42,201 nt of DNA. It comes from Candidatus Woesebacteria bacterium GW2011_GWF1_31_35. GTDB taxonomy: Bacteria; Patescibacteriota; Microgenomatia; UBA8517. The notes beneath the pieces are model-generated. The model worked only from the letters and a program-made list of their open reading frames with translations. It was not told the origin of the DNA and ran no database searches. Shown here piece after piece: positions 18,589 to 27,794 of this stretch (position 1 is the first letter of the stretch; each line of letters opens with the position of its first letter). The stretch is from contig CP011214.1 in assembly GCA_001029755.1 (NCBI GenBank), forward strand, positions 777,258-819,458, in the 5' to 3' direction. A program made the position numbers and the translations under genes.

Positions 18589-19296
18589 TTATTTTTTTTC
18601 TAATAGATATTGAGTAAAAAATATTTTTTCATCTATCCCGTTGACATCAATAATTTCTAACGTATAATCACGTTTAACAATTTTTAATTTTAAACGGCTA
18701 AACATATTTTCCAACTCGGTTCTGTTTAATACAATTAGTGTATATTTTTCATTTGAATTTTTATAAATAACCGTCTGTTCAACAAAACATGTTTCGTTAT
18801 ATTTAGATACAGGCATTCTTAAAATCATCACATATTTATTAGATACTCTTTTCATTTCGGTTAGAGATTCTTTCCACCTATCTATTGTGTATTGTAATGA
18901 TGCCGAACTAAATACAATATCATATTGGTTATCGTTTGCTTCAATGTTGTCCGCGTATGACTTAAAGAACCGACCTGAAGGACTTGTTTTCTTGCACAAA
19001 TTTACTAGATAATCATTTATTTCACATCCGGAATATTTAATGTTAATTTGGATAAAATTTTTAAAAAAATTATAATATTCACCACTTCCACAACCAACAT
19101 CCAACAGCTTCAATTGGTTACTAACCTTAAAAAAAATGTCTTTACATTCAATATTAAAAAAATATCTAAAATCATCAACAGCTGGCGAAACTTTAGATTG
19201 AAGAGAAGTATCTGTGACAGTATCTGGTAGATATCCGCTTCGTGTCAAAGTAATTTTGTCTACCTTACTGTAACTGATTTTGGGGAAATTATTCAT
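18589..19296 (-). CDS. Class I SAM-dependent methyltransferase
   Basis: 235 aa. LLDVGCGSGEYY (motif I); YDIVFSSASLQY. Confidence 0.65.
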   Translation of the reverse strand: MNNFPKISYSKVDKITLTRSGYLPDTVTDTSLQSKVSPAVDDFRYFFNIECKDIFFKVSNQLKLLDVGCGSGEYYNFFKNFIQINIKYSGCEINDYLVNLCKKTSPSGRFFKSYADNIEANDNQYDIVFSSASLQYTIDRWKESLTEMKRVSNKYVMILRMPVSKYNETCFVEQTVIYKNSNEKYTLIVLNRTELENMFSRLKLKIVKRDYTLEIIDVNGIDEKIFFTQYLLEKK

Positions 19297-19315
19297 ATTA
19301 ATATATTAATTATTA

Positions 19316-20044
19316 CTAATTACTACATTCAAAATAGCAATCAGATCTTTGTTTGTTCCAAGTTGTTTTTTTAAGCTTTACATTGTTAAAAACTTCTTTT
19401 AAGAATTTTTTAAGTTCTATTTCAGATATAAACTCATTTTTATGTTCCCAATTGCTAATATCCTTTTTATCATGGTTGAAAATTGGTGTTGATCCAAGTA
19501 GCATACCATTTTTCTTTAAACCATTTTTGATATTTTTAAGTACTTGAATTCCGACTTCTGGTGGAAAGTGCTCAATCACGGCGTATAAAGTAACTATTTC
19601 AAAATAGTTACTCGGTATCTTCCATCTGGTTATATCTTTTTTTTGGAAGAGAATGTTATCTTTCCTGTACAATTTGTTTGCGTGGACTATCGCATTTCTA
19701 TCTTTATCTATTGCTAATATTTTTTTTGCTTTATTTGTATAAAATACCCCATCAAACAATCCATCACCACAACCAATGTCTAACAATGAATCATTATTAT
19801 TTATCCTGTCCAAAGTATAAAACGCTCTTTCCAACCAGAAAAAATTTTCAACTCCTCGAAGATAATCATATCTATGGTCATACCAAGAAGTACCTAATAC
19901 ACTAAACAATAATGTATATGTCTTACCTATTATCTTTCCAAATTCTATGTTAACAACAGCTAACACAGAAATAGATTTTTTGATTAAACCTCTGAGATTT
20001 GGATGCTTATTCCAAAATTTAAATATTTCATTTTCGTAAATCAT
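19316..20044 (-). CDS. Class I SAM-dependent methyltransferase
   Basis: 242 aa. LLDIGCGDGLFDG (motif I), ILAIDKD, FEIVTLYAVIEHF, LKKNGMLLGSTP. Confidence 0.7.
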   Translation of the reverse strand: MIYENEIFKFWNKHPNLRGLIKKSISVLAVVNIEFGKIIGKTYTLLFSVLGTSWYDHRYDYLRGVENFFWLERAFYTLDRINNNDSLLDIGCGDGLFDGVFYTNKAKKILAIDKDRNAIVHANKLYRKDNILFQKKDITRWKIPSNYFEIVTLYAVIEHFPPEVGIQVLKNIKNGLKKNGMLLGSTPIFNHDKKDISNWEHKNEFISEIELKKFLKEVFNNVKLKKTTWNKQRSDCYFECSN

Positions 20045-20074
20045 TTGATGATATTAACATAAACAGTTATGGAT

Positions 20075-21190
20075 TTAAACATAACCTGAAATAATTTTTA
20101 CTAATTCTTTCATTCTTATATTATATGTATGATCTTTTAGTGTTCTAGATTGGCCATTTTTTGCAATTTCCTCTCTTTCTTTATCATGGGATAAGTAATA
20201 ATTGATTTTATCAAACAGCTCTTTATTACTATCATATTCCACAATTTCTTTATTGACCTTAAACAAGCTTGATAAGTTTTTTTTCTTATCTGTGATTAAC
20301 AAAGCACCCATACCAGTTGCTTCAAAAAGCCTCATGTTATTTGCATAATTCTCAGCTACATCAATATGCCTATTTATAGTTATCTTACTTTCGGCTATTT
20401 TCTGATACATTTCCATTGCCCACGCCTGACCATGATGATATCTATATAATTTTGAAGAATGAGGTAATAATTCTTTTCCATATCCCCATACATCTAATCT
20501 TAATTTATTAGCTATGAAATTTAACATTTTTGTCCCTTTAACATGAGATGGACTAATTCCACCCACAAAAGTTAAATCATATTTTTTATTTACACTCTTT
20601 ATCTTTTTAAGAATTCGACTTTCAAAAGCCAAAGGTAAATATTCACTGTTAATACCCATCTTCTTAAATTTATCCACATAATGAGGAAATGATGTTATAA
20701 TTAAATCAAACTCTTTTAAATTTACTTTTGCTGATAAAGGGCATGCTATTTGTCCAACTAGAAGTTTACAATATCGCTTGGCTTGCCTGAGTGTATCAGG
20801 ATTTAAAATACTTAAATCCTGTATATAGATAATATCTACATTCTCTTTCTTTATTTGTTCAAGAGCAACTTTTTGTACCCAATCAGGTCTACCAATAAAT
20901 TTATGAATATAAGGTAAACTTTGTAATTTTGAAAAAAGATTTGTCTGACTAACCTTTATTCCATTTTCCTTCGCCCATTTATATTGTAAAATTTCATCAT
21001 TTACAATTAAATCTACTGCTTTATGGCCTATTTTTTTTAAATTATATGAATAAAAATCCGAAGTCCCAAAACAGGCATCTAATAGCTTCTTTTTAATTTG
21101 CTTATATTTTTTTGTCCTGAAGTCTTTATTTTTATTCCAAAAATTATTTAAAAAACCTTGATAATATGTATCAATAATTACAAATTTCAT
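20075..21190 (-). CDS. CgeB-like glycosyltransferase (GT-B, Glyco_trans_1_2-type C-terminal domain)
   Basis: 371 aa. NMRLFEATGMGALLITD....EIVEYDSNKELFDKINYYLSHDKEREEIAKNG matches the CgeB/spore-maturation-type GT C-terminus. Confidence 0.6.
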   Translation of the reverse strand: MKFVIIDTYYQGFLNNFWNKNKDFRTKKYKQIKKKLLDACFGTSDFYSYNLKKIGHKAVDLIVNDEILQYKWAKENGIKVSQTNLFSKLQSLPYIHKFIGRPDWVQKVALEQIKKENVDIIYIQDLSILNPDTLRQAKRYCKLLVGQIACPLSAKVNLKEFDLIITSFPHYVDKFKKMGINSEYLPLAFESRILKKIKSVNKKYDLTFVGGISPSHVKGTKMLNFIANKLRLDVWGYGKELLPHSSKLYRYHHGQAWAMEMYQKIAESKITINRHIDVAENYANNMRLFEATGMGALLITDKKKNLSSLFKVNKEIVEYDSNKELFDKINYYLSHDKEREEIAKNGQSRTLKDHTYNIRMKELVKIISGYV

Positions 21191-21729
21191 TTTGTTGCGA
21201 CAATATATATCGATGAATACCTTTTATTTATATCTTCATTCTTTCTATAATTTCGTTCCTTTACTTTTTTAAATCCTACATGTCGTAATTTTGAAATAAT
21301 CGAGGTTTTATCAAAAAATATTTTGTGTTCTCCATTTCTGTAAAGCAACCACATAATTATATCAAATGGGGTATCATATATTTTTTTATATTGTTGAGGA
21401 ATGTCATTAATTTTATTTCTTAAAAACTTCAAATCATTTTTTAAATATGCATTTATATATGGATTCAAATGGGGAACTGTAAAATTTAAATCTTTTCCTT
21501 TCTTCAAGACTCGATGACATTCAGATAGAACAAACAATAAATTATCAATATCTAAATGCTCAAAGAAATGATCAGATCTTATTTCTTCAACTGAATCATC
21601 GTCAAACGGAATGCCTTTTGTTAAATCCCAAACTAAATCTGCATCATTAGTTAAATCTATTCCTACATATCCATCACTCTTCATCCCACTACTTCCTAAA
21701 TTTAATTTAATACTTTTTAGTTTTTTCAT
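21187..21729 (-). CDS. Small methyltransferase-like protein (atypical glycine loop)
   Basis: 180 aa. IKLNLGSSGMKSDGYVGIDL at the motif I position; SDHFFEHL and LKKGKDLNFTVPH as post-I motifs. 4-nt overlap with the downstream gene. Confidence 0.4.
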   Translation of the reverse strand: MKKLKSIKLNLGSSGMKSDGYVGIDLTNDADLVWDLTKGIPFDDDSVEEIRSDHFFEHLDIDNLLFVLSECHRVLKKGKDLNFTVPHLNPYINAYLKNDLKFLRNKINDIPQQYKKIYDTPFDIIMWLLYRNGEHKIFFDKTSIISKLRHVGFKKVKERNYRKNEDINKRYSSIYIVATK

Positions 21730-23263
21730 TTTCCAATAACAACAAATCTAATGACTTCAATATTGAAATGTCATTAAAATATTTAAAATATCTCCTATTC
21801 TTAAATAATTTTAACATTTCATAACCTAAAAAAGTTCTCAACAAATATCCAAGCTTAATATATCTTGAAAGTCTGAAAATATTTATATTTGGTAATGGAT
21901 GGCTACAAACGGCATCGAAATCTAATGTGTTATCGTTTGACACGCTAAGATTCTTATCCTCAGGATATATTCCAAACATTCGAAAGTAATTTTTTTGCCA
22001 TTCTCTATTTTCAAATAAGTTATTTGGTAAAGCTAGTATTTTAGAGACATTATTAAATGACAAAAATGGTGACCATGACGGCATACCAAAATAGTCTGGA
22101 ATAGTCATCAAATATGACAAAAGTGAAAATTTTATACGAATAAATATTAATAAATTTTTGTTTCGATGTAGAAGATGTTTTTTAAAATCAGAATAAAATT
22201 TCTTATAATCTTGAATTTTCGGTTTTGTCTTTAAAATTGAAGGGTTTATTCTAAGGTCGTGAGAATAACCAATTTTCCACACATCAGAAAGACTTAAAAT
22301 ATTAATTGGGTTTATATTGCCACTCCAAGCATCACCATATATCCCACTTAATACACTCATATTATTTTTTTTATGAAGCATTTTTCTAATTTTTTGATAA
22401 AATTCAATATGATACATTCCATGTAAATGGGTCGATATACCATATAATTGATACCATTTTAAATAATAAACTAGATATTTAGAAAGGTATATATTTTTCC
22501 ACCAAATATTTAGTTTTTCAGTAACATATTTTGCATTTACAATTTCAGAACTAGGTTTATATTTATCATTGATTATTCCATATGTAAAAGCTCTAATTCT
22601 TTCTTTATTAGAAATAAGTGAATTCAAAAATCTAGAATCAAAACCTCCGCTAGTAGGAATAATTATATTACCTTTAATTTTTTTTTCTGGTATTTTAATA
22701 TATTTATTAATGGTTTTAACAACTAAATCTGAGGTTGATTTACGTTTGTTAATACTAATTTTTTTCATATATATATCATCTTTAAATACTCGTCTTATAT
22801 CCTCATTTATAATTAATTTACTAAAATATCTCATTAATTGAACATTATCTACTGGGGTTTTTTCGAAACTAACGTATCCAAAATCTAAATAGTTATATAA
22901 TCCACTGATGTTTAAAGTCATATTATTAACATCGTAAGTTTTTTTATATAACGTACTAATTATTTTTAACTTTTTGTTGTAGTAAATAGGAATTGATCCA
23001 AGCCAATCATTTTCAATTATTATTGAATTATCATTAAATTTTATTAAAACATTTCTATCATCGAGCTTCTTATATAATGGAAACGAAAGCGAAATAGTAT
23101 TTTTATCAAGATAGCATTTATTTAAATTCCCGATACCCCAAAGATAAATGTTGTATCCTAAATTTATGAAACTTTTTATCGACAATCCTGAATTAAAAAT
23201 ATCAATATCATCACAGTTTATTTTACTTTTGGAAATAGCAAAACCTATTATCTTGTTATTCAT
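21707..23263 (-). CDS. AsnB-family PP-loop adenylating enzyme lacking the glutaminase Cys nucleophile
   Basis: 518 aa. Starts MNNKIIGF, so there is no Cys2. Retains NDWLGSIPIYYN (compare RDRIGKKPLKY in the canonical copy) and YLDFGYVSFEKTP. The PP-loop PTSGGFDS is encoded at 22634-22651. Confidence 0.65.
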   Translation of the reverse strand: MNNKIIGFAISKSKINCDDIDIFNSGLSIKSFINLGYNIYLWGIGNLNKCYLDKNTISLSFPLYKKLDDRNVLIKFNDNSIIIENDWLGSIPIYYNKKLKIISTLYKKTYDVNNMTLNISGLYNYLDFGYVSFEKTPVDNVQLMRYFSKLIINEDIRRVFKDDIYMKKISINKRKSTSDLVVKTINKYIKIPEKKIKGNIIIPTSGGFDSRFLNSLISNKERIRAFTYGIINDKYKPSSEIVNAKYVTEKLNIWWKNIYLSKYLVYYLKWYQLYGISTHLHGMYHIEFYQKIRKMLHKKNNMSVLSGIYGDAWSGNINPINILSLSDVWKIGYSHDLRINPSILKTKPKIQDYKKFYSDFKKHLLHRNKNLLIFIRIKFSLLSYLMTIPDYFGMPSWSPFLSFNNVSKILALPNNLFENREWQKNYFRMFGIYPEDKNLSVSNDNTLDFDAVCSHPLPNINIFRLSRYIKLGYLLRTFLGYEMLKLFKNRRYFKYFNDISILKSLDLLLLENEKTKKY

Positions 23264-24420
23264 GATAGTTTACTTTTGATAAATGATTTAAATTGTCTAT
23301 ATTTTAAATTATCAATTATGTTATTCTTATTACCTATTTTATTTGTTAATACGCTTATCGCATTTAATATGAATTCTCTATGTGACCTATTTCTAATTAA
23401 AACTGACAACAGTAACAAATTACTATTATTAACTTTAAAATTCATTTGACTAAAATAGCCTTTATAATAGGAATTAAACATATCAACAGACAGTATATTA
23501 AGAATTGAATTATACTTATTTGAATCTTCTAGAACATTATTTATGTTTTTTAGATACTTTTTTTCTAGTAGGTTCAACTTACTTACATTTAAATCTTGGT
23601 AATTAGTGTGAACAGCATAAAGATTACCGCTTAATATATTATTTCTACCTATCTCCAAAACCAATATATTTCCATAGCTTTTTTTATACGAGGAGTGAAT
23701 AAAATTTCCTAAGCTATAATAAATTAGCCCATTCTTATATTTTTCATATCCTTGTGGTATGTGTGGATGATGAGAAACAACAACCTTTGCTCCAAAATCA
23801 ATCAATTCTCTATATCTATTTCTTAAATAAGAAGAAGGTAATGGAATTTCTTCACCACCACCATGTCCGTATATAATTACAATCTTTCCTAATTTACACA
23901 GCATCTTTACAGTTTCAGTAATTTCTGTATTGTAAATACTGTAGTATCCAAATTGAGTATCACTTGAAACACCAAATTCATCTTCAGCGACAGCTAAAAC
24001 AACAATTTTATCAGTCAAATTTACATATTTTTTTGACTCATCTTTATTTCTTCCTGCACCAAAAAAAATAATATTTTTTTTTATTAAAAATTTCTGTGTT
24101 GACTCTACCCCGTCTAATCCATAATCAGATATATGATTATTTGCACCACCAAAATAATTAATATTTAGTATTTTGCATAACTTATCAATACTTTCAGGAG
24201 TCTGAAATAGATTGGAACCAGCTTTAGGTAATGGATGTTTAGTCTTTTCTTTAACTAATATTGGAGCCTCAAGATTTGCAATTCTAAAGTCTGCTTGTTT
24301 AAATAAGTCAATTGTAGATTTCGAAATATTATAATCGTCATCGTTTAAACAAATATCTCCACAGAATAATATTTTATTCGACGTTTTAATACGAGAAAAA
24401 AAAGGTTCTTTATTTTTCAT
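23260..24420 (-). CDS. CapA/PgsA-family metallophosphoesterase-like protein (PGA_cap)
   Basis: 386 aa, no TM segment. FCGDICLND, RIANLEAPI, GGANNHISDYGLDG, GHGGGEE, VSHHPHIPQGYE and YSLGNF are the full motif series of the CapA family. Confidence 0.75.
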   Translation of the reverse strand: MKNKEPFFSRIKTSNKILFCGDICLNDDDYNISKSTIDLFKQADFRIANLEAPILVKEKTKHPLPKAGSNLFQTPESIDKLCKILNINYFGGANNHISDYGLDGVESTQKFLIKKNIIFFGAGRNKDESKKYVNLTDKIVVLAVAEDEFGVSSDTQFGYYSIYNTEITETVKMLCKLGKIVIIYGHGGGEEIPLPSSYLRNRYRELIDFGAKVVVSHHPHIPQGYEKYKNGLIYYSLGNFIHSSYKKSYGNILVLEIGRNNILSGNLYAVHTNYQDLNVSKLNLLEKKYLKNINNVLEDSNKYNSILNILSVDMFNSYYKGYFSQMNFKVNNSNLLLLSVLIRNRSHREFILNAISVLTNKIGNKNNIIDNLKYRQFKSFIKSKLS

Positions 24421-26377
24421 TTAAAGCTTTATAGGAAAAAAAAAATAGATTTTCTTTTATTTGAGTAGAATTACAAACTACAAAATTATTGTCATGTCTC
24501 ATTTTTGTCTCTTTTGGTCCTTCATACCAATATTTAGATTTAACTTCTTTATCCTCAATACATTTAGAAGGAGTTACTGTCCAAAATTCTATTTTTTTCT
24601 CAATGGCACTCGATTTAATCGTTTCTAAAGATGTCGTATCAAGAGTCTGTCCGCCATAATAGCAATTAATTAAAAACGACCTCATATATCCCTCATCATC
24701 ATACCAAATCATATCAGGATCATATCTTGCTAATGATACGATTCCCCCAGGAGGGTTTTCACACCAAATAACAGCATCGTACACTCTTGGCAATCTAAAC
24801 TTTATCCAATTATATATATCATCTTTACCAATAGAATAATTAATTTCGTTCCAGGTAAGAGTTACTAAACTATTAGTCTTATTAACTACAATTATATAAT
24901 TTCGAATTATTGATAATAAAAATAATACTGCAACAATAATCTTAACAAATTTAGGAAACATATTACTCTTTATAAAGATATATGAAGAAATTGTAATTGA
25001 AAGTAATATTAATATTTGCATATGTTGATGATACCTAATATAAAAGCCTGATAATAACCTTAAGCTAATAAGCTCAAATATAAAAATAAAAAGATAGAAT
25101 ACAACTAATTTCTTTTCTTTAACAAATTTTTTACAAAATATTGAGAATGTCGAGAGAAGTGCCATAATCACAATCGGCTTACCGCCGGGAATAAGGCTTA
25201 ATATTATACTTTTTATATTAACTAAATTTATTTTAGTGGTCCATTCCCCAAAAAAGGAAGCTCCTGTATTGCAATCCATTGCGTATTTACCCCAACATGG
25301 AAAAAGAAATGGATAAATAGGATTCCCATAAATTATTATATTTTTTATATACCAGTATCCTCCAAACATCAAAAATATTAACGTCAAATAGACAATGTTT
25401 TTTATATATTTTTTAGTAAATAGTTTTTTTATTATTGAAAAGTTAAAGATTAAAAGCGCCAGAACTATAGGAATAAATGCTGTAATTATCGTATATTTTG
25501 TACCAAGCGACATAGCTAAAAATATTGTTGCTAAAATTAATATTTCAAATTTATTTTTCTTTTCAAGTACATTTAATGAAGAAAAAATCAAGCCTAATAT
25601 AAAAAGGGCATAAGCAGAAATATCAACAAAACCAACAGTTGATGTAAAAACTATATCCTGAGGAAGGCTAAAAAATAACAATACGAAGAAAATGCCAGTA
25701 AAAAGATTGAGACGTTTTCTTAAAAAATGTCCAACAAAAACTATCGACGTAATAAGAATTGAAAATAATGTAAGTCTTACAATTGAATAAGTTTTGGTAA
25801 GAGAAAATCCTAAAACAAAGAATGTGTCAATTAATCTGGGTGCGTTATTTAGCACTCCCCCATCAAATCTCCAAACATCAGCAAGCTGATAATTTGCAGT
25901 GTATGGAGATATAAAATGATAAGCCATTTCATCACTATAATATGGAGGTAGTGAAGCCTTAACAAAAACAGCAGGTAACAAGGGTATTACTATTATTAAA
26001 AACGGGAAGAGAATTTTAACTTGCTTTATTAATTTTACATACTCTTTATTTTTAATATACCAAGGTAATGTTAAAACCAAAATAAATGTGGCACTAATTA
26101 ATATTACTAACTGTGTTGGACGTATTAGAAACCCTGCCAAAAACCATAGAAATATAAAAAAACCAAAACCAATTAACCAATTTAAAATTCTAGTATTATC
26201 AGATAGTTGACGATTTTTGATAAAATATTTTTTAATAAAAGTTCCAACCACGTCAAAGAAAAATATCATAATTATAAATATTAAAATATTTCTAATATTT
26301 AGCGGTTGAAAATAATCAGAGAGTTTAGGTGACATATTTAGTCTAAAAATACTTGTATGCATTGTATCATTATGCAT
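24410..26377 (-). CDS. Large GT-C-fold glycosyltransferase-like membrane protein with a Cys-containing C-terminal domain
   Basis: 655 aa with at least 12 hydrophobic helices. PPYYSDEMAYHF (DE motif) and SLGTKYTI motif. The soluble C-terminal domain of about 160 aa contains 4 Cys. Confidence 0.55.
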   Translation of the reverse strand: MHNDTMHTSIFRLNMSPKLSDYFQPLNIRNILIFIIMIFFFDVVGTFIKKYFIKNRQLSDNTRILNWLIGFGFFIFLWFLAGFLIRPTQLVILISATFILVLTLPWYIKNKEYVKLIKQVKILFPFLIIVIPLLPAVFVKASLPPYYSDEMAYHFISPYTANYQLADVWRFDGGVLNNAPRLIDTFFVLGFSLTKTYSIVRLTLFSILITSIVFVGHFLRKRLNLFTGIFFVLLFFSLPQDIVFTSTVGFVDISAYALFILGLIFSSLNVLEKKNKFEILILATIFLAMSLGTKYTIITAFIPIVLALLIFNFSIIKKLFTKKYIKNIVYLTLIFLMFGGYWYIKNIIIYGNPIYPFLFPCWGKYAMDCNTGASFFGEWTTKINLVNIKSIILSLIPGGKPIVIMALLSTFSIFCKKFVKEKKLVVFYLFIFIFELISLRLLSGFYIRYHQHMQILILLSITISSYIFIKSNMFPKFVKIIVAVLFLLSIIRNYIIVVNKTNSLVTLTWNEINYSIGKDDIYNWIKFRLPRVYDAVIWCENPPGGIVSLARYDPDMIWYDDEGYMRSFLINCYYGGQTLDTTSLETIKSSAIEKKIEFWTVTPSKCIEDKEVKSKYWYEGPKETKMRHDNNFVVCNSTQIKENLFFFSYKALNEK

Positions 26378-26417
26378 AGAAATTTCCTACCAATACTTGT
26401 ATCATTATTAAACTACT
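26378..26417. promoter_or_regulatory. 40-nt divergent intergenic region (seven-gene operon / methyltransferase)
   Basis: TATTAA at 26406-26411 lies 7-12 nt upstream of the ATG at 26418. Confidence 0.25.
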
Positions 26418-26993
26418 ATGAAATTTGCAGATATAACTACACCAGTAAGAGCTAAGTTAATAGCAAAAACCTATAAAGATTGGATAAAACCAAAAGATAA
26501 TGTACTAGATATAGGTTGTGGAAATGGAGTTGTAAGTCTTTTGTTAAAAAAACTTCTAAAAATTAACATAACCGGATGTGATAGAGAAAAATATTTGATT
26601 AGAAATATAACCTACAAATGTATGGTAAATGATTCTACATTACCGTTTAATAATGAAGTTTTTAATGTTTCAATGTTTAATGATGTCCTCCACCATACCT
26701 CTTACAAAAATCAAATTGGACTAATTCTTGAGGCATTAAGAGTATCAAAAAGGGTAACTATTTTTGAATTAAAACCAACGATTATTTGTAAGTTTTTAGA
26801 CTTTACCTTAAACAAGATACATAATCCAAGAATGGATATCCCTTTCACATATAGAAGTGAAATAAAATGGGAAAATTTATTCAAAAATAACAATATTAGT
26901 TACAAAAAGAAAACTGTTAAATCTCCAATTTTTTATCCATTTTCTCATGCAGCATATTTATTAACGAAAACAAAAACTCTATTGAAAAGTTGA
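26418..26993 (+). CDS. Class I SAM-dependent methyltransferase
   Basis: 191 aa. VLDIGCGNGVVS (motif I); FNVSMFNDVLHH. The 3' end overlaps the convergent GT2 gene by 15 nt. Confidence 0.7.
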   Translation: MKFADITTPVRAKLIAKTYKDWIKPKDNVLDIGCGNGVVSLLLKKLLKINITGCDREKYLIRNITYKCMVNDSTLPFNNEVFNVSMFNDVLHHTSYKNQIGLILEALRVSKRVTIFELKPTIICKFLDFTLNKIHNPRMDIPFTYRSEIKWENLFKNNNISYKKKTVKSPIFYPFSHAAYLLTKTKTLLKS

Positions 26994-27794
26994 GACATAT
27001 ATTTCAAACAAAAACCTCATTATTCCGTTAATATTTCTTTTATCTAACTCTCTATAAAGTTGTTTATAAGAATTCCATTTCTTTAGTAAATTTTCACTAT
27101 TTAGCGAGACATTCTTCTTATGATATCTATATTTTACAAGTCTTTCTGGAACTATAATAATATTTTGTACCCTATCAATTACTTCTAAAACATACTTCCA
27201 ATCTTCACCACCATGATTATAATTACTATCAAATTTTAAACCTTTTATTTTATTTGCTTTAAAAAGCATATGGGAAAGTTGACACAAGTAAAAACCCCCT
27301 TTGGGCATCTTTCCACAATTTAAATAAATAAATATCATTTGAAAAACATCTCTTATCAAAGAAAGTAAATACACTTTTAACTTGAATGATTTAGATAAAC
27401 ACTTGGCAAAAATTGGTTTAGATAACGCGACAGTTACATCTGATTGTGTAATTTTTAATTTATTAACTGATTTTTCTAAAAAATTAGGATCCCACACATC
27501 ATCTGAATCTAAAAAGGCTACATATTCTGAATCTAAATACTTTAAAGCTTGATTTCTAGATGGCCCAGATTTTAAATTCTTTTTATTTCTAATTATTTGT
27601 ACTTGAGGAAATAGCCCACTAATAACTTTTTTTACAGGCTCAGGATAATTGTCATCGATAATTATAATTTTTATCTTAAATTTACCTTTTTGACTATAAA
27701 CACTAGTCAAAGTCTCAATTAATAAATCGTATCGACCATAAGTTGGAATTATTACGGTTACAGAATTTTTACTTTCTTGCATAGATATATCCAA
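26979..27794 (-). CDS. Glycosyltransferase family 2
   Basis: 271 aa. VTVIIPTYGRYDLLIETLTSVYSQ, IIIIDDNYPEP, YVAFLDSDDVW. Confidence 0.75.
   Translation of the reverse strand: MDISMQESKNSVTVIIPTYGRYDLLIETLTSVYSQKGKFKIKIIIIDDNYPEPVKKVISGLFPQVQIIRNKKNLKSGPSRNQALKYLDSEYVAFLDSDDVWDPNFLEKSVNKLKITQSDVTVALSKPIFAKCLSKSFKLKVYLLSLIRDVFQMIFIYLNCGKMPKGGFYLCQLSHMLFKANKIKGLKFDSNYNHGGEDWKYVLEVIDRVQNIIIVPERLVKYRYHKKNVSLNSENLLKKWNSYKQLYRELDKRNINGIMRFLFEIYVSTFQ

Noticed and set aside
23260-24420. The CapA homolog could mark a poly-gamma-glutamate capsule locus.
   Set aside because: No CapB/PgsB (Mur-ligase-like) or CapC/PgsC is present in the window. The protein also lacks the membrane anchor of PgsA, and the surrounding genes are all glycan enzymes.
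24436-24445. Homopolymer tracts could act as slipped-strand phase-variation switches. Examples are A10 at 24436-24445 (last codons of the 655-aa GT-C, next to the CapA start), A9 at 41048-41056 (codons about 26-29 of the PIG-V-like gene) and T9 at 35175-35183.
   Set aside because: Runs of 8-10 A or T are expected frequently at this AT content, and here they encode Phe/Lys runs in membrane segments. There is no evidence of length heterogeneity from a single sequence. Read-level data could reopen this.
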